64,000 bases of DNA from Adineta vaga (taxonomy: Eukaryota > Animalia > Rotifera), in NCBI GenBank assembly GCA_021613535.1, contig CP075495.1, positions 10,912,001-10,976,000 on the forward strand, given 5' to 3'. The notes beneath the pieces are model-generated. The model saw nothing but the letters and a program-made list of their open reading frames with translations, did no database searches and had not been told where the DNA came from. Made by a program: the position numbers and the translations under genes. Position 1 is the stretch's first letter. Each line of letters begins with the position of its first letter. Positions 25,267 to 36,993 of the stretch are shown here, piece after piece.

Positions 25267-26346
25267 ATGGCTTTATCAACGCCCGAATTCAATATGTGTT
25301 CAGCACCTGATTGTAAACGTAATGCAAGTGCTTTATGTTTACATTGTGATCAACATGTTTGTACAAAACATTATTTGGAACATGTCAAAATAACTAATGA
25401 TGAACTTCTACCATTAGCTGATCAATTGAATACGATTATCAATTCTCTTCAAGAACTCAGTATCGATAAAGTATCTCAATCAGCTATTGAACAACTTGAA
25501 CAATGGCGTAAAAATAGTCATCAACGTATTGATGAACTTTTTGAAGAAAAAAAACAATTTGTTCATAGAATTGTTGAATCAAAATTGGAAGAAGAACGAT
25601 TGTTTTCTAAACAACTCAATAATGTAATTCAACAACATATTGATCAAGCTGATGCTTCACATCAACAAGTTGAAAAGTTTAAAAAAGATATTTCTATTCT
25701 TATTACTCGTTGTTCAAATTTACTCAGACCTGACTTTTGTCATATGGAAATTAAACCGATCGAGTTATGTCATCATTCATTATCAGTTAAAGTACGAAAA
25801 TCAAACTATTTTAATGGCGGAGGATCACTTCTTCGTTTTGAACATCAAGTTCTATTGAACGAATGGATCGGTCATAGAGAACAAAAATGGCGACTAGTTT
25901 ACAAAGCAAAACGTGATGGATTTAATACCGATGATTTTCATCGTTGTGCAGATAATCAAGGTCCAACAGTAACTGTCATTCAATCAAAAGAAAACGGATA
26001 TCTATTCGGTGGATATACATCTGAACCATGGACATCATCGGTACAATATGTTGAAGATAAAGAGAATCCATTTCTGTTTACTCTTATTAATCCGCATAAT
26101 ATTTCACCTACACGATATTTAATTCGAACAGATTATACACAATATGCAATTGTTCATGGAGATATGTATGGTCCAACGTTTGGTGGAGGTTTCGATCTTC
26201 ATATATGCAATGATAGTGCAACTGAAACTGGAAGTTATTTTAAATTTCCTATATCTTATGAGGACACGACTAATAAAGGTCCATTGACTTTTACTGGTAG
26301 TGATCAATTTCAAACGTCTGATATCGAAATATATCGATTTGCATAA
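25267..26346 (+). CDS. B-box-like Zn finger + coiled coil + TLDc domain protein, copy 1, intronless CDS
   Basis: CSAPDC..CLHC..VC..H..H; QLEQWR; TLDc WRLVYKAKRDGF..FHRCADNQGPT..LFGGYT..GPTFGGG..IEIY. Confidence 0.9.
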   Translation: MALSTPEFNMCSAPDCKRNASALCLHCDQHVCTKHYLEHVKITNDELLPLADQLNTIINSLQELSIDKVSQSAIEQLEQWRKNSHQRIDELFEEKKQFVHRIVESKLEEERLFSKQLNNVIQQHIDQADASHQQVEKFKKDISILITRCSNLLRPDFCHMEIKPIELCHHSLSVKVRKSNYFNGGGSLLRFEHQVLLNEWIGHREQKWRLVYKAKRDGFNTDDFHRCADNQGPTVTVIQSKENGYLFGGYTSEPWTSSVQYVEDKENPFLFTLINPHNISPTRYLIRTDYTQYAIVHGDMYGPTFGGGFDLHICNDSATETGSYFKFPISYEDTTNKGPLTFTGSDQFQTSDIEIYRFA

Positions 26347-26482
26347 TCAAACTAAATCTCAGGAAAACTATTTTGATATTTTTATATATTTATTTTTTTG
26401 CTTTCTATAAATATTCGTTCTTCTTTTTTTTGCTTTTTGAATGATAATTTGAATCACTTTCAGATTGATTCCATCTTACTAT

Positions 26483-27526
26483 ATGGCTTCTTCGAAATGT
26501 TCCGTTGATAATTGTAAACGTAATTCTGATACTTTCTGTGATCATTGTCAAGAACAAGTTTGTACGAAACATTTCATTGAACACGTTAAATTAGCAAATG
26601 TTGAGTTAACATTTCTTTCTGATGAATTGAATGAACTTGTAAATTCTATTCGACAAGATGATTTGAATAGAAATGCCTTGGAACAGATCGAACAATGGCG
26701 AGAAGAAAGTCATCGACGTATTGAGGAATTATACGACGAAAAGAGACAAGAAATAAAAATACAAATTAATGAAAAATTTCTGCAACAAATGAAAGTACTT
26801 CGTGATTTTGGTGCTAAGATAAAAGAATTGATTAATGAAGGTGATGCATCATTTAAAGAAATTCAAGATATTAAAAATAGTCTCAAAGATTATCGTAAAC
26901 AATGTGAACAATTAACTATAGATACTTCATTTCAATTGAATACAAAAGCAATTCATATAGAAATTGTTCGATTCAATCGAGATTTTTTTCGTGGCAATGG
27001 AACTCTGTTATCAATCGAACATCAAATGAAACTGAACGAATTCTATGATAAAAAAGAACAAATATGGACATTAATTTATAAGGCGACACGAGACGGCTTT
27101 TCACACCTTGATTTTCATCGATGTTGCGATAATCAAGGTCCAACTATAACTGTTATTCAAACGATTGATAACGGTTATCTATTTGGTGGATATACATCTG
27201 TTTCATGGCATTCAACACAAAGCTACGCGAACGATCTAAATTGTCCTTTTCTATTTACATTAATCAATCCACATGGTATACCTCCAACGAAATATCCGAT
27301 TAAACTTCCGGCATATTCTACATATAATAATATCAGATATTGTGCAACATTTGGTGGTGGCCATGATATATACGTCAGTAGTAATAGTAATGAACAGAAA
27401 CAAAGTAGTATTTACTTTCCTCATACTTATACTGATACAACAAATCGAGGTTCACTCACTTTTACTGGTGGAAAAAAATTTCAAACAAAAGATATCGAAG
27501 TCTATCGATTAGCAGCACAACCATAA
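26483..27526 (+). CDS. B-box-like Zn finger + coiled coil + TLDc domain protein, copy 2 (tandem paralogue)
   Basis: CSVDNC..CDHC..VC..H..H; QIEQWR; WTLIYKATRDGF..FHRCCDNQGPT..LFGGYT..TFGGGHD..IEVY. Confidence 0.9.
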   Translation: MASSKCSVDNCKRNSDTFCDHCQEQVCTKHFIEHVKLANVELTFLSDELNELVNSIRQDDLNRNALEQIEQWREESHRRIEELYDEKRQEIKIQINEKFLQQMKVLRDFGAKIKELINEGDASFKEIQDIKNSLKDYRKQCEQLTIDTSFQLNTKAIHIEIVRFNRDFFRGNGTLLSIEHQMKLNEFYDKKEQIWTLIYKATRDGFSHLDFHRCCDNQGPTITVIQTIDNGYLFGGYTSVSWHSTQSYANDLNCPFLFTLINPHGIPPTKYPIKLPAYSTYNNIRYCATFGGGHDIYVSSNSNEQKQSSIYFPHTYTDTTNRGSLTFTGGKKFQTKDIEVYRLAAQP

Positions 27527-27793
27527 AGACACTTTCAATTATTTTTTATTTATTTTCTTTTTGCATATTAACGTTTAAATCATTCATGATGAAAAAGATC
27601 TTATACTCATATTTAAGACAACAATTTAGTTCGATGTACATCAAATAAAAATAAAGTAAAAACTCTCGAATAAATAACACAACCTTGTTTCATGTTTAAA
27701 CTGATTGTTTAGTCGCATAACACAGACAAAATGGAGATCAAATTAAATTCAATAACTGGCACACTTGAAATCAACAATGATTATTTTTTAATC

Positions 27794-29492
27794 TTATTCA
27801 AATGCTGGAAATCGAGCATGAATAGGATTAAGTACATCAGTCAAGAAATAAATTGTACCAGCAAGACCTTAAAAAAGATTGATTTAAAGATGCTACCTAT
27901 CATTCATGATAAATAAGTACAAACCTTCAAATAATGAATAAGGATGATCAGGTGTTCGTGATAATTCGTGTTTACCATAATCCATACAATGTTCAGCAAA
28001 CTATACAAAATCAGTTTAACATGGATAAATTTCGTTTAGATAAAAACAAGACTAACTTTAATAGCACGATGTAACCATTTACTATCCTTTGTTGTACGAT
28101 ACAAATCAAGAAAGACATATCCATTACCAGCTGTACCATGACAAAGACTATAACTTTTTCTTAACAATCCTCTTTCCCATACAATTTCACCAGCTGACGT
28201 AGCAAGATCTAAATAGGTTTGATTTTTTGTTACCTAAAATAAATGTTTAGTACATCTTCATATCGTTTCGAAATGAATTCGTGTGCCTACTTCATAGGCA
28301 CGAACAAATAGATAGATAAAACCAGGTGCACCATGACACCATTGTACAAGTTTATCTGCTTGACTACCACTCGATGATAGATAATTACCGCTAGGTAATC
28401 GTTTTGTTTTAAGAAATTCAACAGTTGGTATCAGATGTGAATCAACATATGATCGAAGACAGGAAAACGAATCATGATGTGTTACCTACAAAAGTATTTG
28501 ATTGATTTATTTTCCTATTGAAAAATCTCTTTCAAACCTTGAGTAATAAGTAAATAATCCCCGATACACCATGTGCTGCTCCTAAATATTCACTTTCATG
28601 CCATTGATACATGAGTGGTGATTTTGAACCAGATTCTTTCGCATATTTTTCACCGGACTTAATGATCGACTCAAATACCTAAAGGTACAAAATCAATCCT
28701 TTTCAAAATGAAAAAATAATCATTTCATCATTACATCAATCACTAATTGTTTATCAATTACATCACTTCCAATTTCTTTCCGAATAAACATTAATGCATA
28801 AAGATAACCAGCACGTCCATAAAGGTATTCATCTGGCTTTGAATTACTTAATGCATCATCTTTTATTGAGACAATTCTGACAAAATAAAACAAATAAAAA
28901 TATGAAAGACATATGTTAACATCAATTTTCTTACTTATCAATACATTTCTTTACCATTTTTTCATCGCCTAAATCATTATAAATCACTGCTGCAATAGCC
29001 AACGGTCCAGGATCACCGGCCAAAAATGAAACTCTTTTACCTACGTCGAACAGAACTATAGAATTCATAAAAAAAAGATTGAATTCCTACCATGCAGTTG
29101 TTCTAATGATGAATCGATCAATGATTTTGCTTTCCATTTATAAACATCTTTTTGTGTCGGAAATAATATTGTAAGACGTAAATAAAGTAATGCAATACCT
29201 GTGATATCGAACAGTAAACTATTACTAATAACTATGAGATTGTGCTACCTGCACTTCCAGTATAAACTGATGCATCAGTTCGATCAGTTTGATTCACATG
29301 TCTTTCAAGTTTATTTGTTTGTTGTTCAATCCAATGAATAATCTTAGATTCAATTTCTGGTATTAACTAGAAGATGAAGAAACAGTAATACAATTGAATA
29401 TGAATAAAGACAAAACAAACTTGATTATTGGAAATAAGATAATGTTCACCTCGATAATCCAAATACTGATTTGGAAAGTAACGATCAGTCAT
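27794..29492 (-). CDS. LANCL2: LanC-like protein (LANCL1/2 type)
   Basis: SVYTGSAGIALLY, SFLAGDPGPLA, PDEYLYGRAGY, YLGAAHG, QWCHGAPG, SLCHGTAGNGY, TPDHPYSLFEGLAG, ARFPAFE*; ~10 exons; Zn ligands intact; orthology to LANCL2 versus LANCL1 not resolved. Confidence 0.92.
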
Positions 29493-29630
29493 GATCAATA
29501 TATTTCTAAAAAATAATCCTAAATGAGATTCTTTCTCGAAAGACAAAAACTATCACTGTGTTTAATGTTTACTAAACGAAATAACAAGTTTATCACAATA
29601 CATCAATAAAATATTTCATAGTTTGTTGAA

Positions 29631-31329
29631 TTATAAATCAGTTTTATCATGCTGAGAATCGATGGAATCTTCATCTTCTGTTGATTGTTGCTCATCATTA
29701 TTTTGAACAGATTTTGGAGTCGTTGTTTTTTGTTTTTTATTTATAATTTTAACCATTTCATAGAGAATATCAGTAATATGATGTTGATGCTTAAAAATGG
29801 AAAAACATTGGTGAATGTTGTTGTAAGCAAAAAGAAATTTTTTACCACGCCATTTATTTGTTCAACTTCTGTTTTTGTTACTTGTCCATTACCATCGACA
29901 TCAATAATACCATAGAACTACGAAAAACAAAACAAATCAAGATAGTTTTATAAGATCATATCCAACCTCTTCAAAAATAGCTGATGTTTCTGGATCGGAT
30001 GCCAAATCATAGGATAGATGCTAAAAAACATACAATCATTCACTAATCAACATAAATAATATTATACTTTAGAAAATGTTTCTTCCCATTTATTATAACC
30101 TTCAGAATTTGTATTAACAAGACTCATTATTACATCTCTAAAAGAACGAAGTGTAATTTTTAATCATTAAATGATAATCGAAATTTTTTACTTGAAACTT
30201 TGCGGTTGTCGATCAGCAGACCAATCAATTTGATCCAATGTAAATGTTGCATCATAATCGGAACATTGTTTCAATTCATTGGCATCGATTTTCAATGCAT
30301 GTTGATGTTTAATATTATAAATAACCGAGATTGTATGTTCCATTGAACGTTCTTGAAAGACCCAAGAATTTGGAATAAATAAACAATCACCAGATGTTAA
30401 ATTGGCTAAATGATATTCAACATTGTTAAATGCAGGAAAAAGATCAAAATCAACTCTAAAATGTTAGTTAATTTTGACAGAATTCATTTAATGAAAATAA
30501 CTATATTACCGATCTGGATTCACAGGTGGTCCATGTTGTTGCATCTTTTCTGGTATAACAATCTGAAGAATAAACTTATATCGAAAAGAACAAGAAAATC
30601 TTTTCTTTATTTACTTTACGAATATCAGGATATTTGATTGTATTAATTAATATCATACGTTTATTTCCACGAAGAATACAATGAAAATGATCATAATCTT
30701 GATTGAATAATAATGGTGATGCATTGATAGCATTGATAACTAGAATCTATATCGATTTCCTTTCTTCAACAAAATTCTAATGAGATAAAAGAAAATACAT
30801 ACTGCAGATGAAAATATTTCTAAAGCAGCTTCACATTGTAAAGGTTTAGGAACCACAAGATATTTTCTAGAAGAAACAAACATGAATTTATAATTGAATG
30901 AAAAAGTATTCTATTCGACAGTTACTGTAAAACTTGTGGTATATTATCAGCAAATATTAATGGCTCTTTTTTATATTGTTGAAGAAAATCTTCGAATGTC
31001 ATTGGAATTCGTTGTCGTTGTCGTGATTTAAATGATTCAACTTGAATATTCGTATCTGCTAATCCATAAACTTGATCGAGAAGTTGTTTATCTGTTTGCC
31101 AAACAGAAAAATGTTTATCATTATTCAAAACTTGACGAGAAAGACTTGGTTCTGATTTCGGTATGTAATAGGTAAACAATTTTGATATTGTTGGATATTC
31201 TTCATGAAGTTCTTTGATATGTATTAAATTTCCAACAGAACCTAATGGTTTTAAATGACCAGGATTTTGATTTGCACTGAAAATAAGATTGATATTTGAA
31301 ATGACCAGAATAAAAATTAGAGAATTCAT
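29631..31329 (-). CDS. Secretory-pathway JmjC (cupin_8) + EF-hand protein, predicted catalytically dead; C-terminal KTDL
   Basis: Signal peptide MNSLIFILVISNINLIFSA; GHLKPLGS; LFNQDYDHFHCILRGNK; GDCLFIPNSWVFQERS; EF loop DVDGNGQVTKTE; ends ...QHDKTDL*; ~9 exons in frame. Confidence 0.88.
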
Positions 31330-31387
31330 CTAAAAAACATTAGAAAAATGATTCATAGCACGCAGAAAAAGAAATATTTCATTCAAT

Positions 31388-33111
31388 TTATAAATCGTCA
31401 TGTTCAATCGTATTATCATCTTCAGTTTCATCACTGGATAATGATTCGTCAGTAGATTGATTTTCTTCATCTGATTTACCTTCGACAATATCCATAATAT
31501 CTTGTAGAATATCATAGATATCCATGATTTTCTACAATTGATCATATTAACACGAAAAATCTTTGAATAAATCTTTTATCCTTACCGTACTATTACCAAT
31601 AGCTAATTCTACTTCTTTCAGTGTGGCAAAACCATTGTTATTTGTATCAACTGTATTGAATAACTAAACTTTTACGATAAAAATATTATTTTGAAAAACA
31701 AATGTCTTACTTCAGCAAAAAGGTTAATTGTTCGAATATTTGAATGAAGATTAAAATTTAATTCCTAAACGAGAAAAAAATGAAGAAGAAAAACAAAAAA
31801 CATTTCGATGTATTACTTTTGAAAATTCTTTTGTCCATTCTTTAAAACTAATTGCATCACCATCAATAAGATCAAGCATAAAATTTTGTAAACGATCAAT
31901 ATCAGATAAATCTTTTGGCCATTTGATTGTTTCGAGTGTTATAAATTTTGATTTCTTTTGTAAAATACAAGTTTTGTCATTCACAATCGCATTCTTGACT
32001 CGCATTTGATTTAACCAATAATTAACAGCAATATTACGATTTGTTGAACGTACTTGATGAATCCATAGAGAAGGAAGATAGAGACAATCACCTTTACTTA
32101 AATTAATTTGATAATAGTGAATATCATGATCAAGTGAAGGATAATGTTCATAATCAACACTAAATAGAGAAAACAAATAGATAAAGTTATTGATTGAATG
32201 AAGTAATTTTACCGATCAACATCAATCGATGAAAATGAACCAGTGGGATTATCAATAATCTATATAGAGAATTTTAAAGAATATTTTTTCTATATAAAAT
32301 ACGATTGACGACAAACCTCTGCTGCCACTTCTTTGTGTATATGAGGATCAATAAGAATAAATTGTTTTTCACCTTGTAACACACAGTTAATATTATCATA
32401 ATCATCGGTATGTACAACTGATGATGTATTGCCTGAACTAGAAAATATTCAATACAAAAATTTATTTTCCTAGTTTTTCATTTGAGAAAAACTTACCTGT
32501 ACCAAAACATCTACAAATAGAACAGAAATCATTTTTTATAAAAGAAAAATAACATATAGAATTATTAATAAACTTACAGCAACTTGAAATGTATCGAATG
32601 CTGGTTTACATTGTAAGCATTTTGGTAGGACAAAATAAGATCTAAGAAAAACACAAGGAGTCTATGATTCATATTGAAAAATATTGAAATTGTACCTTAA
32701 TAAATTGGGAACTTCATCCACAAGATAAAGTTCTTCGTGTTGATATCGTTTTAAGAATTCTGTCATTGTCATACTAAGAATATTCTGTTTTCGACTTTCT
32801 TTTTTACGTGTTTCAGTATGAATAATATCTTTGTTCTTAGCAAAAATCTTCTTGATATTTTCATCTGAATTCCATAATGATAAATGTCGTTCATGATTTA
32901 ATACATGACGGAAAACTACAGGACGAGATTGAGAAACATATTTATCGAAAAATTCGATTGGCTCAGGAAATTCATTTGTTATTTGATCAATTTTTTCAAA
33001 AGGACCAGATGAACCAAATGGTTTCAAATGACCTGAATGGTCTGTTGACAATGATAATTGTATGAAACACTTGAGAAAATAGAAGTAAATCAATTGTCGT
33101 TGATAACACAT
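31388..33111 (-). CDS. Secretory-pathway JmjC (cupin_8) 2OG/Fe(II) oxygenase + EF-hand; C-terminal HDDL
   Basis: Signal-like N-terminus; GHLKPFGS; MFWYSSGNTSSVVHTDDYDNINCVLQGEK; GDCLYLPSLWIHQVRS; EF loop DTNNNGFATLKE; ends ...IEHDDL*; includes a 14-nt micro-exon at 32497-32510. Confidence 0.92.
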
Positions 33112-34621
33112 TTGAAGAAATTAAAACATCTGACAATAGATAGAAGTCAATAAAATTCGTAATTTGTTCCTCTCGCCTTTTATTCTGCTCGATGAATAAA
33201 ATATCAAATAATACTATATATGCTAATATGTATATGTCATATGCTGCGGTATCGGTATTATGTTGTTGCTGTAGGATGTCCATTGAGAAATTAATCTGAT
33301 TATACTATTGGATGTCGCTAGTATTCGTAATGATATTATTTTTCTTTAGAAAAAGAAATAAAGGTCGATCAGGACAGTTTCTTTATGGAAAAAATACAAA
33401 AACAATCTGTTATTTGAATATGATACAGTACTCTGAGTGATTCTTCAATCGAGTTATCAATTCTAAAATATTCTTAGGTAAATTACTCAATAAAGAAAAT
33501 ACATGATTTTCCACCCTTAATATTCATATACCTAAACATAGGATATAATTTGTACATTGTCAATGATTTCCCTGAAAGTAACCGACTACAAAGTCATCTA
33601 ATGATCATATACTGAGTATTCGATTTGAACAATTATCAGCGTGTCATCATGATCAAAGGTTACAATATTTAAGATAACCATCGACCCTAACTATTTGTAC
33701 TTGACGTATAGACATGAAAAAACTTGTACGTAGAGGAAAGATTTTTTTATATTAAAGCCCTGAAATAGCGACTATACGTTTTTTCCATAATTATTTTTGA
33801 CCCAATAGTGCGACTCATAGAGGCTTGTAGAGAAAGAACGTATGTATCTGAACATAAAATATTTTAATCCATATATTCATCATGCAACTTGTTTTATACA
33901 TTTCTTTCTGTTCAAACGACGCGCAAAACTATTTCAAAGTCATGGCCCCCAAAAAAAATTAAAGTTTCCATGTACTCTAATTACAAATCCTTATGAAGAT
34001 ATGTTTAACATTATCATCAATTATATGCAAATCATTTTCTTCTAGCAAATTTAACGTTCATTCATGTTAAGCAGCATCTTTCTTCTCACTTATTAGTTAA
34101 TAGTCAAGTTTTATCAAACTAGATCTTTCTTTCAAAAACTAATCCATTAATAGATACATTTTTAGAAAGACAAGTGATAACTGAACAATTTATGGATAGT
34201 GTACTATAATCATTAGTTGTATGTTGATGTAATCAGAGTTGTTTATATAGATTTCAACAAGCTTTTCTAGTTTTTGGTATGAATATTTCATTATCAGATG
34301 TTACATTAACTATCCAAGATAACTATAAGATTCACAGTAAAATTTCATTCAAGAGGAAAAGTTTTGTGAATCCATTAATATACATACATATACTATCTAA
34401 TTCTGTTGTGCTATGTTAGAGAATGAATTAACTCTTGTAGTCGCCTTTCGTTAATTCTTAATTTTATTATACAGAAATTTATTGCATTATAAACAAGAAA
34501 AACATTAATGATATGAATCCGTGACAAATTCAAACTTATTAGATTCGATTTCAATCGATTAAATCCAGTCAAAATCGAGTACAATTTTTCTTCATCAAGA
34601 AAAAACTTATGAGACATTGTT

Positions 34622-35764
34622 TTATTCAAACATAACTTGATGTTTTCCATATCTTTTAATTGTACGAAGAGGTACAGATGATGGTGTTGAAACAGGAGGT
34701 GGCATAGGAATATTTGATGATTTATTGAGCGGTGGCGGCATTGGTATATGATTTGATGTAGAATCCATTCGTGATTTAGGAATAGGTGGTGGCATAGGTA
34801 TCTGTGATGTTTCGTGCATATAAGGTGGCATTGGTATTTCAGGTGATCTAGAAAGAGGTGATAGGTCTAGTGATTCTGATAACGATGGTGAATGACAATC
34901 TTTTGAACTATGAGAATTTTCGGATACAGGAGGTGGCATAGGTATGTGAGATGATTTTGGTGTATGAGGTGTATCAGGAATAGGTGGTGGCATGGGTATA
35001 TGTGATTGTGAAGTCGATGATGGACCAGGAGAATGAAATGTTTGATTAGTTGGTGGAGATTCAACAGTAGGAACCGTTGGTGCTTGTTTATGTCTCATTG
35101 TTGGTATAGGTTTTGTTGGAGACGGACGTGTATGAGTAGGTGCTTTATTGAAATGTCGAACGTCATCAGTAATACGAGTTTTTGAAACAGAAGCTGTTAC
35201 ATTTTCTGGTGGAACATTTAATATTGGATCAACATAAATAATTCGACATGTGTCAATATTAGTTGGTTGTGTTTCGATTCGAATTGTTGCTACACGAAGT
35301 TTATCTAAATCAATTGCTATTTGATCAACTAATTTACGTAAACGATTCATTTGTTCCGATGTTGGTCCACCAACATTAACTAATTCAGTAATTTTTAATC
35401 GAATTTGAGTGATTTCTTGTTGTTTTTCTACTTTAATTTGACTTAAAATTGCATCTAAATGAACAATTTTAGCATTTAATTCCACTTGTTTTTGTTTATA
35501 TATTTTATTAATCAGATTTATGTTTTCATCACGCCATTGTTGTAATTGTGTACCAAGAGTACCTCGCATTGGAGTTATCAAAATTGTTGTCATACTATCT
35601 GCAACAGTATTCATTCGATCAATGAGTGAATTAACCTCATTCGTTATCGTCGTATTATGTTGAACAAAAGGTGATTGATAGGCTTCTTGTTGGCAGAAAT
35701 AACATGAACTGGTTGCTTGGTTTTTACATGAAGGATATTGACACATATGAGCTGCGTTAATCAT
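34622..35764 (-). CDS. Zn-finger-like + coiled-coil protein with six IPMPP(P) repeats
   Basis: 380-aa ORF: CQYPSC..CYFC, QLQQWR, C-terminal (H/E/Q/N)IPMPP repeats. Confidence 0.8.
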   Translation of the reverse strand: MINAAHMCQYPSCKNQATSSCYFCQQEAYQSPFVQHNTTITNEVNSLIDRMNTVADSMTTILITPMRGTLGTQLQQWRDENINLINKIYKQKQVELNAKIVHLDAILSQIKVEKQQEITQIRLKITELVNVGGPTSEQMNRLRKLVDQIAIDLDKLRVATIRIETQPTNIDTCRIIYVDPILNVPPENVTASVSKTRITDDVRHFNKAPTHTRPSPTKPIPTMRHKQAPTVPTVESPPTNQTFHSPGPSSTSQSHIPMPPPIPDTPHTPKSSHIPMPPPVSENSHSSKDCHSPSLSESLDLSPLSRSPEIPMPPYMHETSQIPMPPPIPKSRMDSTSNHIPMPPPLNKSSNIPMPPPVSTPSSVPLRTIKRYGKHQVMFE

Positions 35765-36993
35765 GCCTATCGACTACTAGTTCAAGGAACTAAATGAAAA
35801 GAAAATAGACATGAAAAATTTGCTATCTAACTATATTTATATAAAGATATATGCTCTTGCTTTTTTCACGATCGTTACACTCGATTGCATCCACAGATAA
35901 CCGATCAGTCTCCTTTTTTCAAGATCGATAAATATCACTGAATATACCAATGTCTTTCAAATCTAACCAAGCGTGTTTACATTAAAATAATAAACTTCAT
36001 CGATGAAGATTAAATTCATTGATTTACTTTTAATTCACGACAATGTTGAATAATCAAACAAGAAATCATATCATTTATGATTTATTCAATAAAAATAATT
36101 GAACAAAAATTTCGTTCTATTTATTAAGTGTGTAATCGTTTTAAGGTATATAAATGTATTATTTTGAAAATATATTACTAAAAGTCAGAACAATAATGAA
36201 GGTTTGCAATTTGAAAGTAGTATAAACCTTAACATTTTTTTCTTATGTCATTAACATTCGCACCATAACGTCATTTGATGACCTTTCTTTTTTTTTCTTC
36301 TTCGTCTTCTTTCCATTGAATTGACCTCAGTAATCGTAATACTATTGCAACAGGTGTGTAGTCAAAGAAGATTTATTCTTCTATTCTATCTAAAGATGAA
36401 ATTGATCGCTTTTTAAATGAACACATGATATCGAGCTTTTATTCATTCAACAATATAAGAGCTATCGACAACACTCTTCTATTCTTTTCTCCATACAATC
36501 AAGTTATACGTATTCTGTTTTACATTTTGATTAATAGTATGTTTTTCTTTTATAATTCTTTTGTATATTTGGAAAAAAAGAGAAAGAAATCTTTTCTCTC
36601 TCGTTTTTACTGGCATCTGTCTTGTGGTGTCAGTAGTAGTAGTAGTTATTGTTTCAAGTCGTTACACACCTTTACATATTACCTTCTAGCTTATTCATTC
36701 TTTTTTCTTGTTTTCTTACACGTTCTTCATCCTCATCATCATCATATAAGCACACACATACACGCGTGTGCGTCAAATATTCAATAGAGAAGAAACGGTG
36801 AAAGTAAAGAACTATCATTATATATATATATATATAGGAAAAAAAATCGAGACTCAGAAAAAAAGAATCAACGTATTTTTTTGACATTTTAGTTTTACCT
36901 TAAAGCAAACTCGATTCATCGAAACAAACGTAAAGAATAAAAACAAAATATTTGATTTATTATTGTTCGTTATTCATAGAAATCTATCCTTTT

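Noticed and set aside
29631-31329. Downstream JmjC copy as a decaying pseudogene
   Set aside because: All exons splice in frame, and the signal peptide, EF-hand and retrieval signal are retained despite deep divergence
34622-35764. IPMPPP-repeat protein as a multicore RiPP precursor for the JmjC/LanC array
   Set aside because: No signal peptide, no dibasic processing sites flanking the repeats, and no Cys in the cores
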